A DNA stretch of 32,000 nt from Planctopirus limnophila DSM 3776 (GTDB taxonomy: Bacteria > Planctomycetota > Planctomycetia > Planctomycetales > Planctomycetaceae): positions 3,180,001 to 3,212,000 of the forward strand of contig NC_014148.1 in the NCBI RefSeq assembly GCF_000092105.1, given 5' to 3'. The notes under the pieces were generated by a model. It was not told where the DNA came from. It saw only the letters and a program-made list of their open reading frames with translations, and did not search any database. The position numbers were made by a program, and so were the translations under genes. The first letter of the stretch is position 1, and the number at the start of each line of letters is the position of its first letter. Shown one piece after another: positions 18,844 to 27,270 of this stretch.

Positions 18844-20778
18844 ATGTCTTTGGCAACTGAAGTTGGCATTCTTGACGGAAAGTGTCCCACCGGTCCGATT
18901 GCAGATCGCTGGCCGAAGCACAAACAGGATATGAAGCTCGTCAATCCTGCCAACAAACGGAAATATACCATCCTAGTGGTGGGTACAGGCTTGGCAGGTG
19001 GCTCAGCCGCTGCCTCGCTGGCCGAACTTGGCTACAACGTTCACTCATTCTGTGTGCAGGATTCTCCCCGACGGGCACACAGTATTGCAGCTCAGGGCGG
19101 GATCAACGCTGCCAAGAACTATCAGAACGATGGTGACAGCGTCTGGCGCCTCTTTTATGACACAGTCAAAGGCGGCGATTTCCGCGCCCGTGAATCGAAC
19201 GTCTATCGTCTCGCATCGATCAGTACCAACATTATTGATCAATGCGTCGCCCAGGGTGTTCCCTTCGCCCGTGAATATGGTGGCACTCTCACCAATCGCT
19301 CTTTTGGTGGAGCACAGGTTTCACGCACCTTTTATTGCAAAGGCCAGACTGGCCAGCAACTTCTGCTTGGCGCTTATCAGGCCATGATGCGACAGGTCGA
19401 AGCCGGTAGGGTGAAACTTCACACCTGGCAGGAAATGAGTGACCTCATCGTCATTGATGGCGTCGCTCGCGGGATAGTGACTCGCAATCTGCGGACAGGG
19501 GCCTTTGAATGCTACCTCGGCGATGCCGTCGTCCTCTGCACAGGTGGCTACAGCAACGTCTATTACCTTTCCACGAACGCCAAAAGCTGTAACGTCACAG
19601 CCGCCTGGCGTTGCCATAAACGCGGGGCTCTATTTGCTAACCCCTGCTACACTCAAATTCACCCGACCTGTATTCCGGTCTCAGGTGACCATCAATCCAA
19701 GCTTACTTTGATGAGTGAAAGCTTGAGAAACGATGGCCGCGTGTGGGTTCCAACGAAAAAGGGAGACACCCGTTCGCCAGAGCAGATTCCGGAAGATGAA
19801 CGAGATTATTATCTCGAACGTCGCTACCCGTCATTCGGCAACCTCGCCCCACGCGACGTCTCCAGCCGGGCTGCCAAAGAACGCTGTGATGCAGGTTATG
19901 GCGTTGGTCCTAATGGCCTTTCTGTCTATTTGGATTTCCGCGATGCGATCCAGCGAGATGGCGAAAAAGTGATTCGCAGTAAATATGAAAACCTCTTTCA
20001 TATGTACGAGCGAATCACGGCTGAAAACCCATACAAGCAGCCGATGCGAATCTACCCCGCCCTCCATTACACAATGGGTGGGCTGTGGGTCGATTACAAT
20101 CTGCAAAGCAATATCCCCGGGCTTTTTGTGCTCGGCGAAGCCAACTTCTCCGATCACGGAGCCAACCGACTGGGAGCCAGTGCTCTGATGCAGGGACTCG
20201 CCGATGGCTACTTCGTGATCCCCTACACGATTGGCAATCATCTCGCATCGACAAAACTGCCTAAGGTCTCCAACGATCATCCCGCGGTTAAAGAAGCGTT
20301 GATCGAATCACGAAATCGTATCGAAACGCTTCTCGCGACAAACGGCAGCCGCACGGTTCAGGATTTCCACCGCTCACTGGGCCACATCATGTGGGATCAT
20401 GTCGGTATGGCTCGGACATCAGCCAGCCTACAGACTGCCGTCGAACAGATTCGCGCCCTGCGAGACGAATTCCACGAAAACGTCAAGGTTCCCGGGACAG
20501 CCGACACGCTGAACCAGAACCTCGAATATGCGGGCCGTGTGGCTGACTTCATGGAGTTCGCTGAACTTCTCGCCATCGACGCCCTCCACCGGGAAGAGTC
20601 TTGCGGCGGCCATTTCCGAGAGGAATATCAGACCGAAGAAGGCGAAGCCAAACGTAACGACGAAGACTTCTGCTATGTCGGAGCCTGGGAGTTTAAAGGG
20701 GTCGGTATTGAACCCGGGCTCTGGAAAGAACCCCTTAAATTCGAGGAAATCCCCCTCGCCACAAGAAGCTACAAATAG
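18844..20778 (+). CDS. sdhA: Succinate dehydrogenase / fumarate reductase flavoprotein subunit
   Basis: FAD-binding [29 protein letters not shown] and HYTMGGL motifs. The ORF track starts at TTG 18841; ATG 18844 is adjacent. Confidence 0.97.
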   Translation: MSLATEVGILDGKCPTGPIADRWPKHKQDMKLVNPANKRKYTILVVGTGLAGGSAAASLAELGYNVHSFCVQDSPRRAHSIAAQGGINAAKNYQNDGDSVWRLFYDTVKGGDFRARESNVYRLASISTNIIDQCVAQGVPFAREYGGTLTNRSFGGAQVSRTFYCKGQTGQQLLLGAYQAMMRQVEAGRVKLHTWQEMSDLIVIDGVARGIVTRNLRTGAFECYLGDAVVLCTGGYSNVYYLSTNAKSCNVTAAWRCHKRGALFANPCYTQIHPTCIPVSGDHQSKLTLMSESLRNDGRVWVPTKKGDTRSPEQIPEDERDYYLERRYPSFGNLAPRDVSSRAAKERCDAGYGVGPNGLSVYLDFRDAIQRDGEKVIRSKYENLFHMYERITAENPYKQPMRIYPALHYTMGGLWVDYNLQSNIPGLFVLGEANFSDHGANRLGASALMQGLADGYFVIPYTIGNHLASTKLPKVSNDHPAVKEALIESRNRIETLLATNGSRTVQDFHRSLGHIMWDHVGMARTSASLQTAVEQIRALRDEFHENVKVPGTADTLNQNLEYAGRVADFMEFAELLAIDALHREESCGGHFREEYQTEEGEAKRNDEDFCYVGAWEFKGVGIEPGLWKEPLKFEEIPLATRSYK

Positions 20779-20867
20779 TCTGAATCACGCATTTTTTACT
20801 TGCAGCATCCCTCATTCATTGCCAGCACGTATCAGCGGCAATCCCTATTGAAGCAGGCACTAATTCC

Positions 20868-21644
20868 ATGATTGCTCACAATAGCGACAGTATGAAACTG
20901 ACTGTCAAAGTCTGGCGCCAGCCCGCGACCGATAAGCCCGGCCATCTCGCGACCTACGAAATCGCTAACATCTCGCCAGACATGTCGTTCCTCGAAATGC
21001 TCGACGTCCTCAACGAGCAACTGATTCTCAAGGGCGAAGAGCCCATTGCCTTCGACCACGATTGCCGCGAAGGCATTTGTGGAACTTGCGGCATCATGAT
21101 CAATGGCCAACCGCACGGCCCGGATAACAACACCACTACCTGCCAGCTCCACATGCGACGCTTCAAAAACGGCGATACGCTGATTCTTGAACCCTGGCGG
21201 GCGAATGCTTTCCCGGTCATTAAGGATCTCGTCGTTGACCGTGCGGCCTTCGACCGGATCATTGCCTCCGGCGGGTATGTCTCGATCAATACCGGAAATG
21301 CCCCGGATGGAAATGCAATCCCTGTTCCCGGGACAATGCAGGAAAAAGCGATGGAAAACGCAGCCTGTATTGGCTGTGGTGCCTGCGTCGCTTCTTGCAA
21401 GAACGCCTCCGCCATGCTCTTTACCTCGGCCAAGGTGGCTCACCTGTCACATTTGCCACAAGGTGCTGCCGAACGCAATGAACGCGTTTTGAAGATGGTG
21501 GCCCGTATGGATGCCGAAGGCTTCGGCAACTGCACAAACACAGGCGAATGTGCCGCCTCATGTCCCGCCGGGATTCCGCTGGCCAGCATTGCTCGCCTCA
21601 ATCGCGAGTACATCCGCGCTCTCCTCGCCTCCGACCAGAGCTGA
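20868..21644 (+). CDS. sdhB: Succinate dehydrogenase / fumarate reductase iron-sulfur subunit
   Basis: Cys clusters [21 protein letters not shown] and [15 protein letters not shown] 20892 ([10 protein letters not shown]) is an alternative start. Confidence 0.95.
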   Translation: MIAHNSDSMKLTVKVWRQPATDKPGHLATYEIANISPDMSFLEMLDVLNEQLILKGEEPIAFDHDCREGICGTCGIMINGQPHGPDNNTTTCQLHMRRFKNGDTLILEPWRANAFPVIKDLVVDRAAFDRIIASGGYVSINTGNAPDGNAIPVPGTMQEKAMENAACIGCGACVASCKNASAMLFTSAKVAHLSHLPQGAAERNERVLKMVARMDAEGFGNCTNTGECAASCPAGIPLASIARLNREYIRALLASDQS

Positions 21645-21678
21645 TTTGAGTACCTAGCCATCTCAATATCACATTAAA

Positions 21679-21725
21679 AAGAGACGATGCCCTGCATGCA
21701 ACAGCGCATCGTCTCTTGATTTATA
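21679..21725 (+). terminator. Intrinsic terminator candidate after sdhB
   Basis: 12-bp perfect stem AAGAGACGATGC (21679-21690) / GCATCGTCTCTT (21706-21717), followed by GATTTATATT. Confidence 0.6.
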
Positions 21726-21732
21726 TTCATGC

Positions 21733-21764
21733 GTAGGGTGCATGCAGTTCCTACGAAATGCACC
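21733..21764 (+). repeat. REP-like element, subfamily 1 (GTAGGGTGCATG-N13-ATGCACC)
   Basis: GTAG head plus a 7-bp inverted repeat GGTGCAT/ATGCACC. Near-identical copies occur at 25051 and 25591. Confidence 0.7.
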
Positions 21765-21808
21765 ATCGTCCAACTTCAATTCTCAATTTCGTCCTATCAT
21801 GTATTCAC

Positions 21809-21864
21809 CCAACTTCCAACTTCCAACTTCCAACTTCCAACTTCCAACTTCCAACTTCTAACTT
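21809..21864. repeat. Heptanucleotide tandem array (CCAACTT)x7 plus one variant unit CTAACTT
   Basis: Counted directly from the sequence. It lies between the convergent sdhB and glycosyltransferase genes. The variant last unit contains the TAG stop of the minus-strand gene. Confidence 0.95.
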
Positions 21865-23660
21865 CCCCTCATCCTCTCCCGCACCTCAACATACCGCTCC
21901 ACATCCTCCTCACTGAGCTGATACAAAAACATCGAACCGCCGATTTTCTCCACTGGCTCGAAGAATCGAAAATATCCAAACTCGTCCAGATTCACTGCTC
22001 GATAACTGCCATCTGGCAATCGCAGTGCATGTGGTCGGCCCTGGACATAGTTCGCACTCACCGCATGCCAGCCTGCTGCGGGAGTATAGGCCGCAGGTGC
22101 GTCCTGAGTTAATCCGATCTTCCAGGGCCTCACACTTCCAAAGTAGGCCAAAGTCGATAGCTCAATCTCGTTGGCATCCAGATATTCCTGCAGCCGGTAA
22201 AGATCCTGCCCCCAATCCAGATTCGAATCAGAGAGCCGGTCAAGCCCACCGGTCGATCCACCGGCCAGCAGATTAAAGTAAGCGAGATGATCGGGATGTT
22301 GCCTTAACGAGAGCGGCATACAAGCGATCAAGATCACCCCTACGACATTCATCCACTGCGGAGAAATCTTTTGCCACCAGCCGGCTGCCTGAGCTGCAAA
22401 CAGCATCAGAAATGGAAAGGCTGGCAAAACATATCGGATCCCCAGCTGATTCCCGGATAAACTTGCAGGGATCACAAACACTGCCACTCCCGTCATGAGT
22501 AACAGATTTCGTCGCCACAACAGGTTTTTCCCTTCCCCCTCGCCCACAATCCGACTCTTCCTCACGACGAAAGCCATCGCCAGCATGAGGCACACCAGCA
22601 TTGCCAGAGGCAGCTTCCAGATGAACGCCCACAGGTAGTAACTGCGAAATCCTTCGCTATTCCACTCACCATTCAGAAACACCGGATGTTTAACAGTCAG
22701 GACCTCGCGCAACGCTTCCCATTCCGCCAGATATGGTGCGGGTAAGACCCCTAAGGCAAAGAACTGCAGACTCAAAACCAGCCATGTCATGAACAATCCC
22801 GCGAAGATCTGCCAGACGATCTCCTTTCGCTTCGTGATAAATACCGACTTCGGCAGAATCACCCAGATTGCGATGCACACCGGCAGGATAAACGCCACCG
22901 TCAACTTCGTCAGCAGTGCCAGCCCGAGCATAGTTCCCCACAGGCAGGCCCGTTTCCAGGTGGGTCGGCTTTGCCAGTAGACACACGCGGCGACTGTTGC
23001 GAACGCTCCCAAGGTTGCTGGTAAATCATGGGCCACCAGACTGCTATGAGCCAGAACGGTCGGACATGTGACCCATAACATGGCGGCCAGTAAACCGGCA
23101 GACTCACCAAACCATTGCCGTGCCCAGATCACCAGTAGTAAACCAGCCATTGTCCCGAGTGGAATCATCATCAGGCGAGCAAGAAAGAAATGCTGGCGAT
23201 AGCTCTCGGCATGCTGGTCATGGAACGCATCTCCCACTTCTTCAGCCATAGGGACGCGATCTGGCCAGCCACTTTTCTCTGGCAGCTCCAGCCCCACTCC
23301 TCCGACAACCAGCGGCAAACTCGCCCACATCCGCACCAGCGGAGGATTGATCGGATCCACTCGCCAATCGGCGGTCTGCCAGTAAAAGACCCCGATCGGC
23401 AGATGCCAGTATTCATCATGCGTCGGTGACCATCGCCTCGCACAATCCGCCGCCAGGAAAGCCTGCACCAGCAACAATCCACCCACGATTGGCCAGAACC
23501 AGCGCAGCCCACGCCGTGTCGAGTCATCGCTGCGAGAGACTTCTACGCCCGCATGCGGCTTCGTCTCGGCATCGACTCGCTGCGCTTCGTCACTCGCCGA
23601 TGCCATCGCAGCCGCCTTGCGACCACGCTCCTTGTTCCCATGATGTTTGTTAGAAGCCAT
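21858..23660 (-). CDS. GT-C fold glycosyltransferase (family 39/83, PMT/ArnT-like), multi-pass membrane protein
   Basis: 600 aa with many TM helices. The first periplasmic loop carries THDEYWHLP (the DE motif of PMT/ArnT-type enzymes). The soluble C-terminal domain carries SNLDWGQDLYRLQEYL. Confidence 0.7.
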   Translation of the reverse strand: MASNKHHGNKERGRKAAAMASASDEAQRVDAETKPHAGVEVSRSDDSTRRGLRWFWPIVGGLLLVQAFLAADCARRWSPTHDEYWHLPIGVFYWQTADWRVDPINPPLVRMWASLPLVVGGVGLELPEKSGWPDRVPMAEEVGDAFHDQHAESYRQHFFLARLMMIPLGTMAGLLLVIWARQWFGESAGLLAAMLWVTCPTVLAHSSLVAHDLPATLGAFATVAACVYWQSRPTWKRACLWGTMLGLALLTKLTVAFILPVCIAIWVILPKSVFITKRKEIVWQIFAGLFMTWLVLSLQFFALGVLPAPYLAEWEALREVLTVKHPVFLNGEWNSEGFRSYYLWAFIWKLPLAMLVCLMLAMAFVVRKSRIVGEGEGKNLLWRRNLLLMTGVAVFVIPASLSGNQLGIRYVLPAFPFLMLFAAQAAGWWQKISPQWMNVVGVILIACMPLSLRQHPDHLAYFNLLAGGSTGGLDRLSDSNLDWGQDLYRLQEYLDANEIELSTLAYFGSVRPWKIGLTQDAPAAYTPAAGWHAVSANYVQGRPHALRLPDGSYRAVNLDEFGYFRFFEPVEKIGGSMFLYQLSEEDVERYVEVRERMRGS

Positions 23661-23922
23661 GCAACAGCGACCTTCACCTGCGCACGATCGAATTGTCTCG
23701 ACGACGATAAAACAGGTAGATCATCGGTTCGCCGGGCAGATTCCACAATGATCGAGTTCCCGCGATCCATGTCCCCCCGGCTTTCGACAATCCATCAGCA
23801 CACACGAATGTCCTGAGCATTCAGACCGCAAAATCACTCCGATCATTTGCTCAATCGGATTGTTCCTCTACACAATACACAAATCGCAGTAACACACTTT
23901 TCCCGGATGGAACGAAACGAAC

Positions 23923-25014
23923 ATGACTCTGGCAACTCCTCTTTGCGACTGGCACAGCACCCATGGCGGCCGAATGGTCGATTTTGCAGGCTGGAACATG
24001 CCCGTCCAGTACAAAGGGATCGTCGACGAACACAACGCCGTCCGCACGGCGGCCGGCCTCTTTGATATCTCTCACATGGGTCGTCTTCGCTTTACCGGCC
24101 CCGATGCCCGCGAATTTCTCGACGAAGTGCAGACCGTCGATCTCTCCAAACTCAAAACCGGCCAGATTCGTTATGGCTTCATGCTCAATGAATCAGGCGG
24201 CATTCTCGACGATATCCTCGTTTACGACTGGCCCGATGCCCCTCAACTGGTGGTGAACGCCTCCAACCGCGAAAAGCTCCTCGCATGGATGACTCCTCTC
24301 GCTACGCGCTATGCCGTCTCGATTGAAGATCTCACCCTCACCAGGGTGATGCTCGCTGTTCAAGGCCCCCACGCCATCGATATTGCCGCACAGCTACTTG
24401 GCGATGAAGTCCGCCAGCTCAAGTATTACACCGGCAAGCCCATGACCTGGTCGAACGAACCCGTCCTCGTCAGCCGCACAGGCTACACGGGCGAAGACGG
24501 CGTCGAACTCATTATCGATAGCGGCTCTGCTTTGGCTCTCTGGCAGGCTGTCCTGGCTGCGGGTGAATCGGTCGGGATTCTCCCCAGCGGCCTGGGCTGC
24601 CGAGACACGCTGCGCCTCGAAGCCGCCATGCCCCTTTACGGCCACGAACTCTCGGAAGAAATCGACCCGTTAACAGCCGGGCTCTCCTTTGCCATCAAGC
24701 TCTCGAAGCCAGCGAACTTTATTGGAAAAACCGCACTGGAAAAAATCGCCACAGGCCCCATTCCCCGCCCGCGTGTGGGTCTGACACTCGACGGCAAACG
24801 CATTGCCCGCGAAAAAACCCCGGTCGTGTCTGGCGAAAACATCATTGGTGAAGTGACTTCCGGCACATTCTCCCCCACCTTCCAGAAGTCGATCGCCATG
24901 GCCTATGTGGATGCAGCTTTTGCCGAACCTGGCACCCGGCTGGAAGTCGATATCCGCGGGAAACGGGAATCCGCCACCGTCGTCCCCCTTCCCTTTTACA
25001 AGCGGAACTCCTAA
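23923..25014 (+). CDS. gcvT: Glycine cleavage system aminomethyltransferase GcvT
   Basis: TPLCDWHSTHGGRMVDFAGWNMPVQY start, SRTGYTGEDGVEL and RDTLRLEAAMPLYGHEL motifs. Confidence 0.97.
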   Translation: MTLATPLCDWHSTHGGRMVDFAGWNMPVQYKGIVDEHNAVRTAAGLFDISHMGRLRFTGPDAREFLDEVQTVDLSKLKTGQIRYGFMLNESGGILDDILVYDWPDAPQLVVNASNREKLLAWMTPLATRYAVSIEDLTLTRVMLAVQGPHAIDIAAQLLGDEVRQLKYYTGKPMTWSNEPVLVSRTGYTGEDGVELIIDSGSALALWQAVLAAGESVGILPSGLGCRDTLRLEAAMPLYGHELSEEIDPLTAGLSFAIKLSKPANFIGKTALEKIATGPIPRPRVGLTLDGKRIAREKTPVVSGENIIGEVTSGTFSPTFQKSIAMAYVDAAFAEPGTRLEVDIRGKRESATVVPLPFYKRNS

Positions 25015-25050
25015 CGTTCCTGTAGCGTTTTTCAGCAGGTGCAGAATTCG

Positions 25051-25080
25051 GTAGGGTGCATGAAGTCCTCGGAATGCACC
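25051..25080 (+). repeat. REP-like element, subfamily 1
   Basis: GTAGGGTGCATGAAGTCCTCGGAATGCACC, 37 nt after the gcvT stop. Confidence 0.7.
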
Positions 25081-25100
25081 AACTCAACCCTCGCTTAGGC

Positions 25101-25132
25101 GTAGGGTGGGTTAAGCCCTTGCGCAACCCACC
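25101..25132 (+). repeat. REP-like element, subfamily 2 (GTAGGGTGGGTT-N12-AACCCACC)
   Basis: GTAG head plus an 8-bp inverted repeat GGTGGGTT/AACCCACC. Related copies occur at 26736 and 28829. Confidence 0.7.
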
Positions 25133-25139
25133 ACCTCAA

Positions 25140-25167
25140 CCCTCGCCCATGTCCGCATGGGAGAGGG
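25140..25167 (+). other. Hairpin CCCTCGCCCATG-TCCG-CATGGGAGAGGG (12-bp stem, 1 mismatch)
   Basis: Read directly from the sequence. It is part of the repeat mosaic downstream of gcvT. Confidence 0.5.
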
Positions 25168-25209
25168 TGGCCGCAGGCCGGGTGAGGGCTCTTCGTATTC
25201 ACCAACGAT

Positions 25210-25258
25210 CAACCATCAACCATCAACCATCAACCATCAACCATCAACCCACAACCCC
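25210..25258. repeat. Heptanucleotide tandem array (CAACCAT)x5 plus variant units CAACCCA and CAACCCC
   Basis: Counted directly from the sequence. It ends 12 nt before ATG 25271; GGAG at 25259-25262 sits between the array and the start codon. Confidence 0.95.
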
Positions 25259-25270
25259 GGAGTTCACATC

Positions 25271-25573
25271 ATGGCCGATCGTGAATACTCGCGTTACCAG
25301 TCCAAAGTCATCAAAGCCTTCTACGACAACCGCGACACCAGCGACCAGCAGAGGCTGAGCGAACTTGTTGCCGACCTCTACCTGACGGAGGGCAAAAAGA
25401 AGGCCAAGCTCTGGGCGACGGCTCAAGAGATCATGACCCGCATGGGCGTCCCAGCCTCCCGCATCGCCCACGTCGTCGCCTCAGACGACGCCGCGATCCT
25501 GGCCGAGGTGGTGAAAGACATCCAAGCGGGAAAAATCCAAAAACCCGCCCCCCCCAAACCACCCGCAACGTAA
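25271..25573 (+). CDS. Hypothetical small protein (100 aa)
   Basis: Internal ATG of ORF 25157..25573, with GGAG 8 nt upstream. MADREYSRYQSKVIKAFYDNRD... is helical-looking with a Pro-rich tail. The upstream part of the ORF merely translates the heptamer array. Confidence 0.55.
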   Translation: MADREYSRYQSKVIKAFYDNRDTSDQQRLSELVADLYLTEGKKKAKLWATAQEIMTRMGVPASRIAHVVASDDAAILAEVVKDIQAGKIQKPAPPKPPAT

Positions 25574-25590
25574 TAAAAACCGGCTATCTC

Positions 25591-25622
25591 GTAGGGTGCA
25601 TGAAGTTTCGACGCAATGCACC
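25591..25622 (+). repeat. REP-like element, subfamily 1
   Basis: GTAGGGTGCATGAAGTTTCGACGCAATGCACC, 17 nt after the small-ORF stop. It overlaps and is followed by one CCAACTT unit (25621-25627) and a second GTAGGG (25629-25634). Confidence 0.7.
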
Positions 25623-25698
25623 AACTTCGTAGGGATACTATGCGGCAAATTCCCGCCCGGGTATTGACTGTCGAAAGACACCGTCACTTCGCCAACGA

Positions 25699-26124
25699 AT
25701 GAATCAGCCAATGCCAGACTTCAAGTGGAATGAACTGGACTTTCTTGAATTCTTTCCGGTAGCACCCATCCTCGAAGATTACTATGCCGCTTCCTACAAC
25801 TACGAGGCCGAAAGGAACGGACTGCGTTTGCTCTTCACGGTCTGGGAAATGGAGAGTGTAATTCAGGCATCCTTGTTCCGATTGTCTTCAGAAAAGGCAT
25901 TATCGACCTGGGCCGCCTACGTGCGAGGCGAAGTTCGGCTGATCGATGATGACCGTGGCCGATACCTGGAATTCGAAGATTGCATCGTCGCCCCGAATCG
26001 GTTCTGGTATCTAGAAGCGGGCGATGTTTTCGACAAGACTCGCTTTCCATTCTCAGTCACAATCACCGTGACCATTGATCCCGATTTTCACATTGCCTTC
26101 GTCAACTATGAGTCTCGAACCTGA
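25699..26124 (+). CDS. Hypothetical acidic protein (141 aa), no family recognised
   Basis: ATG-initiated ORF in a lower-GC stretch, 38 nt upstream of the SMI1/KNR4 gene. Rich in D/E and aromatic residues. Confidence 0.6.
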   Translation: MNQPMPDFKWNELDFLEFFPVAPILEDYYAASYNYEAERNGLRLLFTVWEMESVIQASLFRLSSEKALSTWAAYVRGEVRLIDDDRGRYLEFEDCIVAPNRFWYLEAGDVFDKTRFPFSVTITVTIDPDFHIAFVNYESRT

Positions 26125-26162
26125 GTTGCACGCCAGCCGCACATGAAACAGGATTTCACTTC

Positions 26163-26702
26163 ATGAACTGGAAAGTCGAACTCGAATACTCTCTGCACGG
26201 TGCACCGGCTGACGCCTCGTCAATTGCCAACCTGGAAACCGCGATCGGTGTCACCTTGCCTTCAGCCTACCGTGATTTCCTCCTGACGGATGGAGGGGGC
26301 TACTTGCGAGACGGTCTAGCGAAGTGCACCAGCCCAACACCGTTCGGCGAACACAACATCACCGTTTTGCATTCCATTGATGATGTCTTGGGCCTGTTGG
26401 ACTCAACAATCACTCCTCGCAATATGATCTGCATCGGCTGCGGCCACTTTGGCATGACAACCTGCTTATCTATCGCGGGGCTGGATCACGGACAAGTCTT
26501 TTCCCTCGATACGGAGATGCGGTATTACTGGGATGACGAAACACTTGCATGCTATCCCGCTCTCGATCCTTCAATCATCGAGTTTTTTCGACTGCGAGAC
26601 GAAGGTGAACTGCCTGAGCGTCCATGGGGTTACGAGTGCTGCTACCATATTGCCGACAGCTTTCCTGAGTTTCTGAATAAGCTGTATCGATCAACCGACT
26701 AG
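26163..26702 (+). CDS. SMI1/KNR4 (SUKH-1 superfamily) protein, immunity-protein type
   Basis: N-terminal signature IANLETAIGVTLPSAYRDFLLTDGGGYL (lE..lg..LP..y..fl...nGG); 179 aa, acidic. Confidence 0.8.
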   Translation: MNWKVELEYSLHGAPADASSIANLETAIGVTLPSAYRDFLLTDGGGYLRDGLAKCTSPTPFGEHNITVLHSIDDVLGLLDSTITPRNMICIGCGHFGMTTCLSIAGLDHGQVFSLDTEMRYYWDDETLACYPALDPSIIEFFRLRDEGELPERPWGYECCYHIADSFPEFLNKLYRSTD

Positions 26703-26735
26703 GCCGTGTCACTTCACAGCTTTACCGTTTCAAAC

Positions 26736-26768
26736 GTAGGGTGCGGTTAAGGCTTTGCGCAACCCACC
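26736..26768 (+). repeat. REP-like element, subfamily 2
   Basis: GTAGGGTGCGGTTAAGGCTTTGCGCAACCCACC, 33 nt after the SMI1/KNR4 stop. Confidence 0.65.
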
Positions 26769-27212
26769 ACCTGAAAAACACGGCTCTGTTGATCGGAGAT
26801 CTCGGGAACGACCACGGCCCGGCATTCCTCTTCACGGTCTTCACCGAAAAGCGCCCAACCTGAATCTCCAACACAGGGTGCCTCCGGTTGAATTTCCAAT
26901 TTCTACCGGGATGGTCAAGCCACAGAAGGCATCCCGCCGCCCTTCCGTTCTGGCCAAGCTCCACTCAAGACCTTCGAGTCTCTCAAGTCAGTCACTCTGG
27001 CACCACAACCTCCCTGGCCACTGGTCACTCGTCGCTCGCCAACGGGTAATCTGTGCCAGGCAGCCCAGAATCAGCGCTCCACCCGTGGGCTTGCGCCGGA
27101 CTTGCAAACCAGGTGCAATTACGCGGATTGCAAGGAATTTCGCCCGCCGATCACCTTCCGTGGCCAAAACCTGCCAGATTCAGCAGAAGCCCCGCTCATC
27201 TGGTGACCGACA

Positions 27213-27242
27213 TTGACACAGCCTGGAGACACGCTCCATACT
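27213..27242 (+). promoter_or_regulatory. Sigma70-like promoter candidate TTGACA-18 nt-CATACT, followed by the palindrome TTGCA-TACTTAT-TGCAA (27244-27260)
   Basis: Pattern match only, about 30 nt upstream of GTG 27271. Confidence 0.2.
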
Positions 27243-27270
27243 TTTGCATACTTATTGCAAAGGCGTCCCT

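Noticed and set aside
21729-22112. ORF translating the heptamer array as QLPTSNFQLPTSNF, and the N-terminal extension of ORF 25157..25573 translating the second array as TINHQPSTINHQPST.
   Set aside because: The 7-aa periodicity is just the 7-nt repeat read in three frames. ORF 21729..22112 overlaps the C-terminus of the glycosyltransferase on the other strand. The second ORF has a good internal ATG plus GGAG directly after the array.
23661-23922. Possible glycine riboswitch upstream of gcvT.
   Set aside because: The conserved glycine-riboswitch core elements (GGAGAG...CACCGAAGGGGCAA...CTCTGGAGAG) are not present in the 260-nt leader.
21809-25258. Whether the short tandem arrays or spaced repeats could be a CRISPR array.
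   Set aside because: The units are 7 nt and directly tandem, with no spacers. The REP-like elements are separated by genes, not by 30-40-nt spacers, and no cas genes are present.
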